Source: a phage. Taken from it: a stretch of DNA of 64,000 nt. This document shows positions 1-8,804 of this stretch, piece by piece. Under the pieces are notes generated by a model that was given only the letters and a program-made list of their open reading frames with translations, was not told the origin of the DNA and made no database searches. Within the stretch, counting starts at the first letter, position 1, and every line of letters starts with the position of its first letter. Location of the stretch: the NCBI GenBank assembly GCA_018093385.1, contig GCA_018093385.1_4808.1; one strand, written 5' to 3'. A program made the position numbers and the translations under genes.

Positions 1-83
1 AAAAAAACAATTAACTCCATTTTGAATTAATTTAAATTAATTTTTTTCTACATCCTCATACTTATACTAAACTTATATTTATA

Positions 84-140
84 CGTATCATCCGTAAGAT
101 ATAAGTAAAAACAAAGACTTGCGGCAATACGGATGATACG
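84..140. repeat. 13-bp perfect inverted repeat CGTATCATCCGTA (84-96) / TACGGATGATACG (128-140) with 31-bp spacer, preceded by an AT-rich tract (1-83); copy A of an iteron-like element
   Basis: Read directly; same arms and spacing recur at 16034-16089. Confidence 0.8.
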
Positions 141-315
141 TCACGATACGCTTCAACCAGCCAGCAGCGGCTAAGTCATTGATTTGCATAACAAGCGGCA
201 AAAGGGATGGATTTCTTTTATACGTATCAAACAGTACACCACGCACCACGGTCCGCAATTCTATTTGCACTATGATTTGTGTATGTTTATAGCCATAATG
301 AACATCAATCTGCAC

Positions 316-344
316 TTGAATATAATGTCCATCCATTGTATAAT
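316..344 (+). promoter_or_regulatory. sigma70-like promoter TTGAAT-N17-TATAAT upstream of TerS-like gene
   Basis: Consensus hexamers with 17-bp spacer; first 14-bp repeat sits near predicted +1. Confidence 0.5.
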
Positions 345-364
345 TCACACTATTAATTTGCACT

Positions 365-853
365 ATGGGATTTTGCACTATGAGTCAAGATTATGTAGCG
401 ATGCCTGAAGACTTTGAAGACCCGCGATTCGCAGAGCACAATCAGGCTTTATTCGATGAGTTCATTGACCTTGTTATTCAGGGCCATGACATGCGCGCAG
501 CTTTTGCACTAGTATTTGGAATGGAAGTTGCAACGGATAACTACACTGGCCAGCGAATCCTTTGCGCGCAACGCAATCCATACTACAAAATGCGCTTCAA
601 AAAGCGTATGGAAGAGATGCCACTCAAGGATTTGTGGAGCGTAAAAGGCGCAATTCACAATTTGGTTAAGCTTGTGCGTGATCCAGAAGTCGCGGCGTCA
701 GCCAAGCTTAATGCGATTCGTGAACTGAATATCATCTACGGCATCACGATGATTGACGAAAACGGTAACAGCAAGATGGGCCGTTCTATGGACGATTTCT
801 ACAAGGATTTTGGAGAGGCGGCCAAAGAAGGAGAGCAATTCTCCCGCCACTAG
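365..853 (+). CDS. Terminase small subunit-like DNA-binding protein (putative); start may be ATG 380
   Basis: HTH-like N-region and C-terminal AASAKLNAIRELNIIYGI resembling the conserved TerS segment; embedded in repeat array. Confidence 0.45.
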   Translation: MGFCTMSQDYVAMPEDFEDPRFAEHNQALFDEFIDLVIQGHDMRAAFALVFGMEVATDNYTGQRILCAQRNPYYKMRFKKRMEEMPLKDLWSVKGAIHNLVKLVRDPEVAASAKLNAIRELNIIYGITMIDENGNSKMGRSMDDFYKDFGEAAKEGEQFSRH

Positions 854-967
854 CCAATTTGCACTATGAAACGGCCCTAGAACACATTGCCTCCACTTCT
901 AGGGCCATCGGTAATACGACGGGGAAGGTTGCAACCGTAAACGCGTTAGAAAGTGTATTATTATAAG

Positions 968-1231
968 TCATCTTTTAGTCACCTTACGTAACAATTTACG
1001 ACCTTCAACCGTCCAATCGAACGATTCCACCAGCAGATTCGCACTATAACCTAAGACGATGCGCCCTTTCTCGTTATCGACCCGCCAACAAGTCTCGAAT
1101 AGCATTCGATTTGCACTATTAACTATTGCCGCAACTCGCGTAGGATAAGCGCAATTTGCACTATGGTCGTAAAGGGATAAGGTGCGACCACTTCCGATGG
1201 ACAACGTAGCGATGAGAATGAGCGTGTTCAT
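968..1231 (-). CDS. Hypothetical protein (weak; overlaps repeat array)
   Basis: 87-aa ORF, modest SD. Confidence 0.3.
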   Translation of the reverse strand: MNTLILIATLSIGSGRTLSLYDHSANCAYPTRVAAIVNSANRMLFETCWRVDNEKGRIVLGYSANLLVESFDWTVEGRKLLRKVTKR

Positions 1232-1281
1232 AAGCCACCAATTTGCACTATGAAAAGCGACCCCGAAGGGCCGCCATTCGA

Positions 1282-1908
1282 TTAGATAATCTGGAAGGTG
1301 TAGGACTTGTTGCCGAACTCGAAGTTCAAGCGTCCAGCTTCTTTAAGCTTCATGCGGAAGCGAATATGCTTGCTATCCGGTAAGCCCAGCGCGGCGAACG
1401 CTACGCGGACCGATTTGAACTCTCCTACACCCTCGACCATAACGCCGTTACGGGTGAGACGCTTTTGCGCCACTTCCTTATTATCCCAACTTTTTGCAAT
1501 ACCTTCGCTATTCGAACGGCGATGGGAAGGAGTGCCATTTTGCACTACGCAATTTGCACTATCGTTCAGGCCGCTTTTAACGAAGGCTTCATACTCTTCG
1601 TCGGTCATCGCATCGAGTTCTTCCTGAGTCGGCTCGGCCTTTTTAACGACCGCACGCGCCTTATGCGTTTTTACATCGCTGGACACTTCCTCGCGCGGCT
1701 TCGCGTCGGGAATGGGCGATTCGTTGGACGGCTCATCGAGCGCGTTTAAGGACTCGATTAACGCGATTACGCGAGTCTCGGCGGTCCGGCGGTCCGCAAA
1801 CTTCTTAATCGGTTTTGAGCCGGAATTTGCATTATAGAATGCAACGAGGTCGACGGTCTTAGTTGCGATAACGTCGCCGCTAGTCGAGAAACGATTTAAG
1901 CTAACCAT
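1282..1908 (-). CDS. Hypothetical protein
   Basis: 208-aa ORF with AGGAG SD 6 bp upstream of ATG. Confidence 0.55.
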   Translation of the reverse strand: MVSLNRFSTSGDVIATKTVDLVAFYNANSGSKPIKKFADRRTAETRVIALIESLNALDEPSNESPIPDAKPREEVSSDVKTHKARAVVKKAEPTQEELDAMTDEEYEAFVKSGLNDSANCVVQNGTPSHRRSNSEGIAKSWDNKEVAQKRLTRNGVMVEGVGEFKSVRVAFAALGLPDSKHIRFRMKLKEAGRLNFEFGNKSYTFQII

Positions 1909-1988
1909 AATAAACTCCTATTTGTTAGGGCGCTAGGCGCGAAAGAATTTTATTAAAGCGCCGCGCACGACGCTCTAAAAATCCTCTC

Positions 1989-2273
1989 TTACGCTTCGAC
2001 GAGGGAGAAGGTCTCAAATTCTTCTTCGCCCATAACGAGTAAGATATTACCGATTTCGACCGCTTCGAAGAAATATCCGTTAACGTTTACTTCGAAGGCT
2101 TCGCGGTCCGATTCCGGTAACGCCGCGTAAAGTTTAAAAGCCTCGGCGACCGTTACCCCACCAGCCTCGATAGTTTGGTCTACGTTCGCGGCGTAGACTT
2201 CGGATAAAATTTGTTTTACGCCGTAGTTCTCGACGATAGCGTTACGGATAGAAGAAACGTTAAGAATAGCCAT
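1989..2273 (-). CDS. Small hypothetical protein, paralog family member 1 of 3
   Basis: 94 aa, AGGAG SD; related to 2499-2801 and 2909-3199 products. Confidence 0.55.
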   Translation of the reverse strand: MAILNVSSIRNAIVENYGVKQILSEVYAANVDQTIEAGGVTVAEAFKLYAALPESDREAFEVNVNGYFFEAVEIGNILLVMGEEEFETFSLVEA

Positions 2274-2342
2274 TTTAAACTCCTAGTTCTCGACGGGCGT
2301 TAACGACCTATTCGTTAACTCATCCCGTCCCGATATGAGTAC

Positions 2343-2370
2343 ATTATAATATAGTGTAGAAAAAAGTAAA
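2343..2370 (-). promoter_or_regulatory. Promoter TTTACT-N16-TATAAT driving 1989-2273
   Basis: Shares core aaaagtgctttact...tacact...tataatgt with the promoter at 2813-2841. Confidence 0.5.
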
Positions 2371-2414
2371 GCACTTTTTCGATAAAAATGAGATAAATTA
2401 TTTTATCTTTTTTC

Positions 2415-2442
2415 TTTACTTCTTCATACACTCGCGTATACT
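2415..2442 (+). promoter_or_regulatory. Promoter TTTACT-N16-TATACT driving 2499-2801
   Basis: Same promoter family as 2343-2370 and 2813-2841. Confidence 0.5.
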
Positions 2443-2498
2443 TGTTTATATCGAGACGGGCGATGGCCCTTCCTTCTACTAGCATCGGGAGTTTTATT

Positions 2499-2801
2499 AT
2501 GACCACTTTAATCTCTTCTATCCTTACTTACGACGAAGACCGTTTAACCGTTCGCTCTCTTATCGCCGCCGTTAACGCGGAACTAGAATCCACCATTATT
2601 AAGGTCCGCGCGGTCGCTTTCGTCGGCCTTTCCTTCGACGATATTAAGTACGCCGAACGTAGCGCCATCCGCTTCGCGAAGACCGACGACGAAGCCGTTA
2701 CCCTTATCGAGACGGTTACGCCGCGCGGCGAAGCGTTAATTATCGTCGAGTATATCGACGTAGAAGGCGATAAGGCTTATAAATATTTTATTGCAGAATA
2801 A
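2499..2801 (+). CDS. Small hypothetical protein, paralog family member 2
   Basis: 100 aa from internal ATG with GGGAG SD; ORF track gives a longer 2442 start. Confidence 0.5.
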   Translation: MTTLISSILTYDEDRLTVRSLIAAVNAELESTIIKVRAVAFVGLSFDDIKYAERSAIRFAKTDDEAVTLIETVTPRGEALIIVEYIDVEGDKAYKYFIAE

Positions 2802-2812
2802 CGAAAAAGTGC

Positions 2813-2841
2813 TTTACTTCTTCGTACACTAAGACTATAAT
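2813..2841 (+). promoter_or_regulatory. Promoter TTTACT-N17-TATAAT driving 2909-3199
   Basis: Consensus hexamers; third member of repeated promoter family. Confidence 0.55.
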
Positions 2842-2908
2842 GTTTTATATCGAGAGGGGATGAGGTAGCGAATAGGTCGCTACCCGCCCGACCAACTAGG
2901 AGATTATT

Positions 2909-3199
2909 ATGATTACTTTAGCCGCTATCCGTTCCGCTCGCGTCGAGACTTCCGAAAACTCTAACGTATTTGGCGAAACCTTAGAGAGCGTTTATCTCTC
3001 TAACGTAGACGCAACTATCGAACCTATTTATGAGCCGATCAACTTCCTCGACCTTTACAAGTATCGCGACGAGGACATCGTATCATCCCGCGTAACGATT
3101 AACGGCTTCGTCTATACGATTACCGAAATCGGCGGCGAATATCTCGCTGTACCGCAACTCGGCGGCGAAGTAACTTATTTTAAAATTGTCTCCTTATAA
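2909..3199 (+). CDS. Small hypothetical protein, paralog family member 3
   Basis: 96 aa, AGGAG SD. Confidence 0.55.
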   Translation: MITLAAIRSARVETSENSNVFGETLESVYLSNVDATIEPIYEPINFLDLYKYRDEDIVSSRVTINGFVYTITEIGGEYLAVPQLGGEVTYFKIVSL

Positions 3200-3219
3200 T
3201 ATCCTTCCGTTACTAATAG

Positions 3220-3244
3220 GCCGCGCTTAGTCGCGGCTTTTCTT
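3220..3244 (+). terminator. Rho-independent terminator (GCCGCG-loop-CGCGGC followed by TTTTCTT)
   Basis: GC stem plus T-run directly after stop of 2909-3199. Confidence 0.6.
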
Positions 3245-3895
3245 CGTCCCTATCTCGATGCGCTTCTCCGCGAAAACTCCTTTATCCTTCCCTTCGTCGT
3301 CGCATAATCTTCGTCGAGATGCTCCTTAGTTCGCATAACAGGTATTACGTTAAATGGAGAACATCGCGTAAGTCCTTGTTTTATATAGACACCTATATCG
3401 GACCGTTAAGGCGGGTCGCGTAAGTCGTTGTTTTATAAAGGTGCAAAACTTTCCCTTCGTTCCGAACTAAAACGAGAAATATGCCGACCCTTCGCCCGAA
3501 AATAGTACGCATGCGAAATTACACGCATCTAGAATAATCCCCACCGATATTATACTACACGCAATCATTCGCTTTCGAATCATTATGCTTCATATTATTG
3601 TGTATCGAATCATTCGCTTTCGAATTGTAACGCTGGAAACTGTAACGGCGATTGATTATTGCGTTCGTGTGGTTTTTATGGCATGGGTCTTTTGGTGCGT
3701 TTTGGTACTTGATGAAATTTGCAGTACACTAATCAAAATACGACACATTTGGTCCACTAACTTTTCAAGAAAAAGTCCTGGACAGTACCGTACTATTTTG
3801 TGCCCACAGTAAATTTGCAGTACACTCCTGCGCGGCAGGCAAAAGAAAGGGCCGCCACAGCGACCCACGATTCACGGTTAAATCAGCAACACCCA

Positions 3896-4291
3896 CTATT
3901 CGCTCTTATGGGCATCACCAAAGCCATCCGCAATCTGGCTGATCAATGATTCAATGGACACAGTTTTACCAATTGATCGAGCGGTAATAGCAAGCATATT
4001 ATCAATCAAACCATGATTGGATGCATATGGTCCAGGTTTTGAATCATCTTCAGGACAACCAAAAAGCTGGTCGCGCAAACTTTCGAGAGAACGCTCAATA
4101 TTTTCCAGCTTCTCTTCTAAATCAGATTGGCGACGTAAAACCCATGTTAAGTCTCGGTTGCCGACTTCCAACCCATCAGAATCGCAAGCTGGAACGTCAA
4201 TTTTGATGCTGCCACCAAAGGCCATTCCGCTGCCTTTAGTATATGTGTTGTGAATAGAATCATTCTTATTTGACATATCATTACCTTTCAT
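3896..4291 (-). CDS. Hypothetical protein (start may be second ATG at 4276)
   Basis: 131-aa ORF. Confidence 0.45.
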   Translation of the reverse strand: MKGNDMSNKNDSIHNTYTKGSGMAFGGSIKIDVPACDSDGLEVGNRDLTWVLRRQSDLEEKLENIERSLESLRDQLFGCPEDDSKPGPYASNHGLIDNMLAITARSIGKTVSIESLISQIADGFGDAHKSE

Positions 4292-4349
4292 GAGGGTGAT
4301 TAACTTGAATTATAATAAAGCCGCATGGCGCGGCATTCAAATCGATTTA

Positions 4350-4598
4350 TTAATTGTGACGATTTGATTCATCAATCGATACCAATTGTGCAGGGTCGCC
4401 GGATACCGTTGCGCCGACGATACCCATCTGAGAGAAAAATTCTGAATAGACTTCTTTCCAGTACTTGCGCGCTGCTTCCTGGGCTTGACCTTTGCGCTTG
4501 AAGCTTTTGCCTTGAAAGATGAAACGGTCACTTGTCGCGCGATACTCCACCACGCCTTCCAGCCATTGTAAGAATGCTACTGATTCATTTTGATTCAT
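4350..4598 (-). CDS. Hypothetical protein
   Basis: Internal ATG with GAGGT SD; longer ORF-track version overlaps upstream gene. Confidence 0.4.
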   Translation of the reverse strand: MNQNESVAFLQWLEGVVEYRATSDRFIFQGKSFKRKGQAQEAARKYWKEVYSEFFSQMGIVGATVSGDPAQLVSIDESNRHN

Positions 4599-4605
4599 GT
4601 TAACC

Positions 4606-4998
4606 TCAAAGGTCCAAGAAAAATTTAAGCCAGCTTTCCGCAATCTCGCGGCCAGTAGCCAATCGGTCTGTCTTTTCCATAGGTCTGCACACGCCACAGG
4701 GTAATCCTTTCTGTAGGCGTGTACTATTGCCAATTTTTACCCAAACTTGGCCAGCTTGGTCGACATAAGCTTGGCAACCCATGATTTCGAGTCGTTGTAG
4801 ACACTGGCGAATCGTTTTCAGCTTCTCACCGGACCGGATAGAGCGCGGTCGCGACCGCTGACCGTTTTTATTCACTGTACGCTTGGCGACCGGAATATCA
4901 TTGGTGCGCTGCGGCTTGGGTCGGTAATAAGCCTCTTCGCCAGGAGTCGCACCTGGCGTCAGTTCACGCTTAAGCGCCTTTTCAATGTCTATGATCAT
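4606..4998 (-). CDS. Hypothetical basic protein
   Basis: 130-aa ORF, Arg/Lys-rich N-half. Confidence 0.45.
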   Translation of the reverse strand: MIIDIEKALKRELTPGATPGEEAYYRPKPQRTNDIPVAKRTVNKNGQRSRPRSIRSGEKLKTIRQCLQRLEIMGCQAYVDQAGQVWVKIGNSTRLQKGLPCGVCRPMEKTDRLATGREIAESWLKFFLDL

Positions 4999-5092
4999 AA
5001 TTTATGCCGCAGCAGCATGAATTATTGCGTAAACAATTCCTAACAGGGCGACAACGCAAATCGTGCCCCAAAATGCAAAGCGCCGTGCCTCT

Positions 5093-5299
5093 TTATCCAT
5101 TGTCCACTGCTCCAATATCCGTTAAGAACTCGTGCAAAGCACCTTTCTTGTTGAGTTTTTGCATAGTCTTGATATCATCAAGTGATATACTTTGATCGCT
5201 TTGCTGTTTATCAATGCAAACAAGACTGCCTTTGGCCTTGATGGTCATGCCTTTGGCTTCGATACTTTTTACAAAATCTGACAACACTTTAATTTCCAT
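5093..5299 (-). CDS. Hypothetical protein
   Basis: 68 aa, GGAGAAGG SD. Confidence 0.45.
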   Translation of the reverse strand: MEIKVLSDFVKSIEAKGMTIKAKGSLVCIDKQQSDQSISLDDIKTMQKLNKKGALHEFLTDIGAVDNG

Positions 5300-5579
5300 T
5301 AGAGCCTTCTCCGCTGTTAATGTTGTCCAGAATCAAGGTCGGAATTTCATCTTGAGTCCTGACTTTGTAATGAGAAGGCATCTTGCTTTCTAACAATGCC
5401 TGTTCGGCTTCTCCCTTTGTCTCAAAGAGCGGGATGCACCAATCAACTGCGTTGCCATGTTCATTGCCTGTAACGGCTTTCAAAAAGACAAGGCGTTTGT
5501 CTGCAGGGTCGATGCCGCAAATTAAGTATTTTGGAAGAGCCTTTGCTTTCTGAGCCTTATCAACATCTTCAAATTTCAT
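5289..5579 (-). CDS. Hypothetical protein
   Basis: 96 aa, GAGGTG SD. Confidence 0.5.
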   Translation of the reverse strand: MKFEDVDKAQKAKALPKYLICGIDPADKRLVFLKAVTGNEHGNAVDWCIPLFETKGEAEQALLESKMPSHYKVRTQDEIPTLILDNINSGEGSNGN

Positions 5580-5660
5580 AAATCACCTCACTTGTTAACG
5601 TATAATGAGTATAACTTAATTGCGCATAAAGTAAAGGCGCTTTTCAGCGCCTTGAGTGAA

Positions 5661-7994
5661 TTATTTCGCTGATTTCAGCGCGGCTATCTCTGCCTCTAGT
5701 GATTCAACCTTTTTCATCAACTCCTGCACCACGTGCATCGTGTCAAGAAGCATTGGAGTTGTGTCTAGTTGTTTTTGTTCAACCTCTACGCCTTCGCTCG
5801 GATAGAATTTCACCGTTTTTACATACAACGGGTCAATAATCTCTGCTTGTTGAGCGATGACACCCCTTCTTACCCTTTCCTTTTCATCATTGTTGTAAAT
5901 AAATGTCACATATTCCAACGATGAAAGGTTGCTCCATGCTTTTTCAACCGTTCCTGGCTGTATGTCATGCTTCAAATTCTCATCAGAGATGGCATTCTTT
6001 TGAAGAGTATAAAAGCTATCTGATCCAAGAATTGATACAGAGAAAAACACATCATGAGAGTTAGGCTGTATGTTCATCCTTGTCTGGTACTGCGCATTAT
6101 CATCTCCAACGACGAGCCAAGTGCCCTGCGCAAAACTTCCGTTATTGTTGTGGATCAAACCGTGGTGAAGCGTTGTGGCATAACCTGTATCAACCTGTTG
6201 ACCGCCGCTAAAAAGACTGTTGAAAGCATAGTTTTGACCCATTGACTGTCTCACCGTTGCATAGGTGCCGATTCTTGTTCCAGTCTCACTCCAAGACATT
6301 AAGCTTCCATATCTCGCGGCGAATCTGTCGCTGCTAAGAGTTCCTGCATCATCAAATGCAAGGTCTTTAGTCACCCCTTTTGTTTTATTGTACACAGACA
6401 GTATTGCATAATAAAATCCATCCATGTATGCATCGCATCGCAATCCGGCATCAGCTTCAACAACAGTACCAATTTTGTATTGTGCCCTTACTTGCCCTGA
6501 AGACCCCTTAACCCCAGAGCCTGGTCGAACAGAATCCGCATTGATAACTGACCATTGCGTATTCGCGGCAACAAAGCCACCAGATGCACGAATCACCCAA
6601 ACACCGACAAAGTTGCGCGGCACGATTTCAGCCGCTGATCTTCCGTATACAGGGCTTGATCGAGAAGCGTCAAAGTTTGTTTGTATGAATCTTGAACCAG
6701 AACCTGCTGCTGCTGGAGAGTCCCCAGAAGTGATCGACTGAAAAGCGCCATTAGTCGCCACCTGACTTGGCGCAGAAGCCAACGTGACCATTGTGCGCGG
6801 CGCGGAGTAAGTTATATTTGGTGCACCTGACTCAGAAACGACTCCATTTGATGATGGATTGCCTCCATCACCTCGACCGAACAGGGCCTGAATAGAACCC
6901 GTCTGCACGCCGTTTCGGTCCGGCACACGAAATGTTGTCGTTCCGTTACCTAAAGAGTATTTACCGCGTTTCGCTGGGTCCGCTAACCAATCTGCATCTG
7001 CAATAGGTGAAAGCATTTGCGCATACGCCCAAAGTTCAGGCCAGTCAGCGCGGTTTAACAACTGCCCATCAGCAACGACTTCATACGGTTGAATATAAGC
7101 ACGGCTGTCGCGTAAGTGGAAGTCACCGACGCCATAGTTCATAACGCCGTTCATACTTGGTCCAACGGTGCCTGTGTTTACTAAGTTCTCAACCCAACGC
7201 TTGGTCGCGGCATCATGATCGTTTACTGGGTCACCAGCAAGCGGTGTTGCACCTTGTGGACGAATATTCAACCATGCTTGCGCATTGTCGGCTGACCCTG
7301 TGCCGCCCATAGAAGTCGGAACGATGTTTTGATCAGCGACTGTGCCAAATCCAAAAGCGGACTTCATACCCTGAATGGTAGTTTGGCCTGTGCCGCCGTT
7401 GGCGACTGGGATTATGCTTGACTCGGAATAAATCATGACCCAAGGAGACCACGTGCTATTTTGAGCGTTGAATCTTCTTTGGTAAGTATTGTTAATGGAA
7501 TATGATGTGTATTTTTGAATGCAACTTTCGGTCGATACTCCTGTTTGCAACACCTCTAAGACTCCTGCTTGTTCAACAGGATAGTTCAATCCAAAAGAGG
7601 CGGCGCCATCAGAGTTCTGATAATATTGCCCAAACCAGCTGCCGGTAAGAGCATTAAGATTCATGCCGGAAGGAACAGTGCCAAAATTTCGCAAGGTATT
7701 GGTCAAAGTCGCAGCAGTTGTTCGAATGGAAAGCATGTCACCAGCCGCCCATGCACGCGCTGCAGTTCCTTCCTGCGCACGCTGCACGGTTAGCACGTTT
7801 CCAACTACGGCTGTTACTGTGACGATTTCAAATTGGAGGCCTGTTGCAGCGTCGACGATTGTCGCCACTACACGCTCGTTCGCGGCCAAGGTCGGAAAGC
7901 CCGACCCTGAGCGGATTGTGATTGTGGTGTCTGAAGTCGTCGTTGGCTGGGCAAGCGCGACCTCAAAGTTGTTTTTGAATATTAGCCTTGGCAT
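5661..7994 (-). CDS. Tail fibre/tailspike protein with C-terminal intramolecular chaperone (peptidase S74-like) domain
   Basis: C-terminus LKHDIQP...GVIAQQAEIIDP...coiled-coil tail matches the self-cleaving chaperone module; Gly/Ser/Thr-rich body. Confidence 0.7.
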   Translation of the reverse strand: MPRLIFKNNFEVALAQPTTTSDTTITIRSGSGFPTLAANERVVATIVDAATGLQFEIVTVTAVVGNVLTVQRAQEGTAARAWAAGDMLSIRTTAATLTNTLRNFGTVPSGMNLNALTGSWFGQYYQNSDGAASFGLNYPVEQAGVLEVLQTGVSTESCIQKYTSYSINNTYQRRFNAQNSTWSPWVMIYSESSIIPVANGGTGQTTIQGMKSAFGFGTVADQNIVPTSMGGTGSADNAQAWLNIRPQGATPLAGDPVNDHDAATKRWVENLVNTGTVGPSMNGVMNYGVGDFHLRDSRAYIQPYEVVADGQLLNRADWPELWAYAQMLSPIADADWLADPAKRGKYSLGNGTTTFRVPDRNGVQTGSIQALFGRGDGGNPSSNGVVSESGAPNITYSAPRTMVTLASAPSQVATNGAFQSITSGDSPAAAGSGSRFIQTNFDASRSSPVYGRSAAEIVPRNFVGVWVIRASGGFVAANTQWSVINADSVRPGSGVKGSSGQVRAQYKIGTVVEADAGLRCDAYMDGFYYAILSVYNKTKGVTKDLAFDDAGTLSSDRFAARYGSLMSWSETGTRIGTYATVRQSMGQNYAFNSLFSGGQQVDTGYATTLHHGLIHNNNGSFAQGTWLVVGDDNAQYQTRMNIQPNSHDVFFSVSILGSDSFYTLQKNAISDENLKHDIQPGTVEKAWSNLSSLEYVTFIYNNDEKERVRRGVIAQQAEIIDPLYVKTVKFYPSEGVEVEQKQLDTTPMLLDTMHVVQELMKKVESLEAEIAALKSAK

Positions 7995-8032
7995 TTTACG
8001 GTCCTCGTTTTGTCGACAACCGTATTATAACC

Positions 8033-8374
8033 TTAATTTCTTTTGAGAGGAATATGACGGTGGCTGCCATTATTTGGTTTAATAATGAGCATAAAAACGA
8101 TTAGAAAGATGATGGCTGATATACTTAATTCAATCAGCGCGGCTTGAGATATAGATTGATCTTCATGATACTGCTTTTGCATTTCTGCTTTCTTCTGAGC
8201 GCAAACTTCAGGTGATATGTAATCGCCTTTTGAGTTGCCATAATAAATTTCGCCATTCTCAGAAATAAGCCTGCCGCAAATATCCGTTTCAGCCTGTGCG
8301 CTTGACATCATAATAACAGTTCCGATGATAGCGGCGATAGTCCAGATTAACAGTTGTGATAAAGTGTTGTTCAT
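8033..8374 (-). CDS. Secreted/membrane-anchored small protein
   Basis: Start MNNTLSQLLIWTIAAIIGTVIMMSSAQA with AGAGG SD; C-terminal hydrophobic segment. Confidence 0.5.
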   Translation of the reverse strand: MNNTLSQLLIWTIAAIIGTVIMMSSAQAETDICGRLISENGEIYYGNSKGDYISPEVCAQKKAEMQKQYHEDQSISQAALIELSISAIIFLIVFMLIIKPNNGSHRHIPLKRN

Positions 8375-8570
8375 AATAACCTCTTTAAATTCCCTTCCCA
8401 TTTCGGGAAGGGTGATAATTATTTTACGCGAAAGAATAGGCGCGTGCCACACAGCGAGTCCCAACGGCCCTCACCATCCCATATCGACCCAACACCAGCA
8501 GCGATTGGGCCAGCAGAATTGGCGGAATTGGCCCAGGCAAGACGTTTCAACTTCCAACTGCACCATCGAT

Positions 8571-8804
8571 TCACAGTTCATCTCCAGATTGCAAAATAAG
8601 ACCCGCATAGAGGATTGCCAAAGCCAAAGGTGCACCACCACCAGCCTCTCTATTCTCTTTGATTTGAAGAGTATCCTTAAGGAATTGCAACTGAACGTTG
8701 AATTCATTTTCAATTCCAAGAACTCCAGCCAATTCTTTTACAGAATCTGCATATGCCTTGTCTAGCAATTCTTTTGGTACTGTTAAAGTCAATTCATTTG
8801 CCAT
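8571..8804 (-). CDS. Hypothetical protein
   Basis: Internal ATG with GGAG SD. Confidence 0.4.
   Translation of the reverse strand: MANELTLTVPKELLDKAYADSVKELAGVLGIENEFNVQLQFLKDTLQIKENREAGGGAPLALAILYAGLILQSGDEL

Larger units (their letters stand above)
261..1563 (+). repeat. Array of ten direct copies of 14-bp motif cAATTTGCACTATG (starts 261, 355, 370, 855, 1035, 1107, 1152, 1239, 1537, 1550)
   Basis: Near-identical copies, all same orientation, counted by eye. Confidence 0.85.

Noticed and set aside
88-408. ORFs 88-378 (-) and 184-408 (+) in the first 400 bp
   Set aside because: They lie across the AT-rich/iteron element and promoter, have no ribosome-binding site and low-complexity translations; treated as non-coding
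3540-3630. Possible tRNA suggested by ttcgaat-containing sequence
   Set aside because: No acceptor or anticodon stem arrangement or GTTCRANYC T-loop context; motif is part of a direct repeat, and no tRNA-like sequence was recognised anywhere by eye
3585-3868. ORFs 3585-3812 (+) and 3656-3868 (-)
   Set aside because: No ribosome-binding site, mutually overlapping, and they span repeat elements; region treated as non-coding
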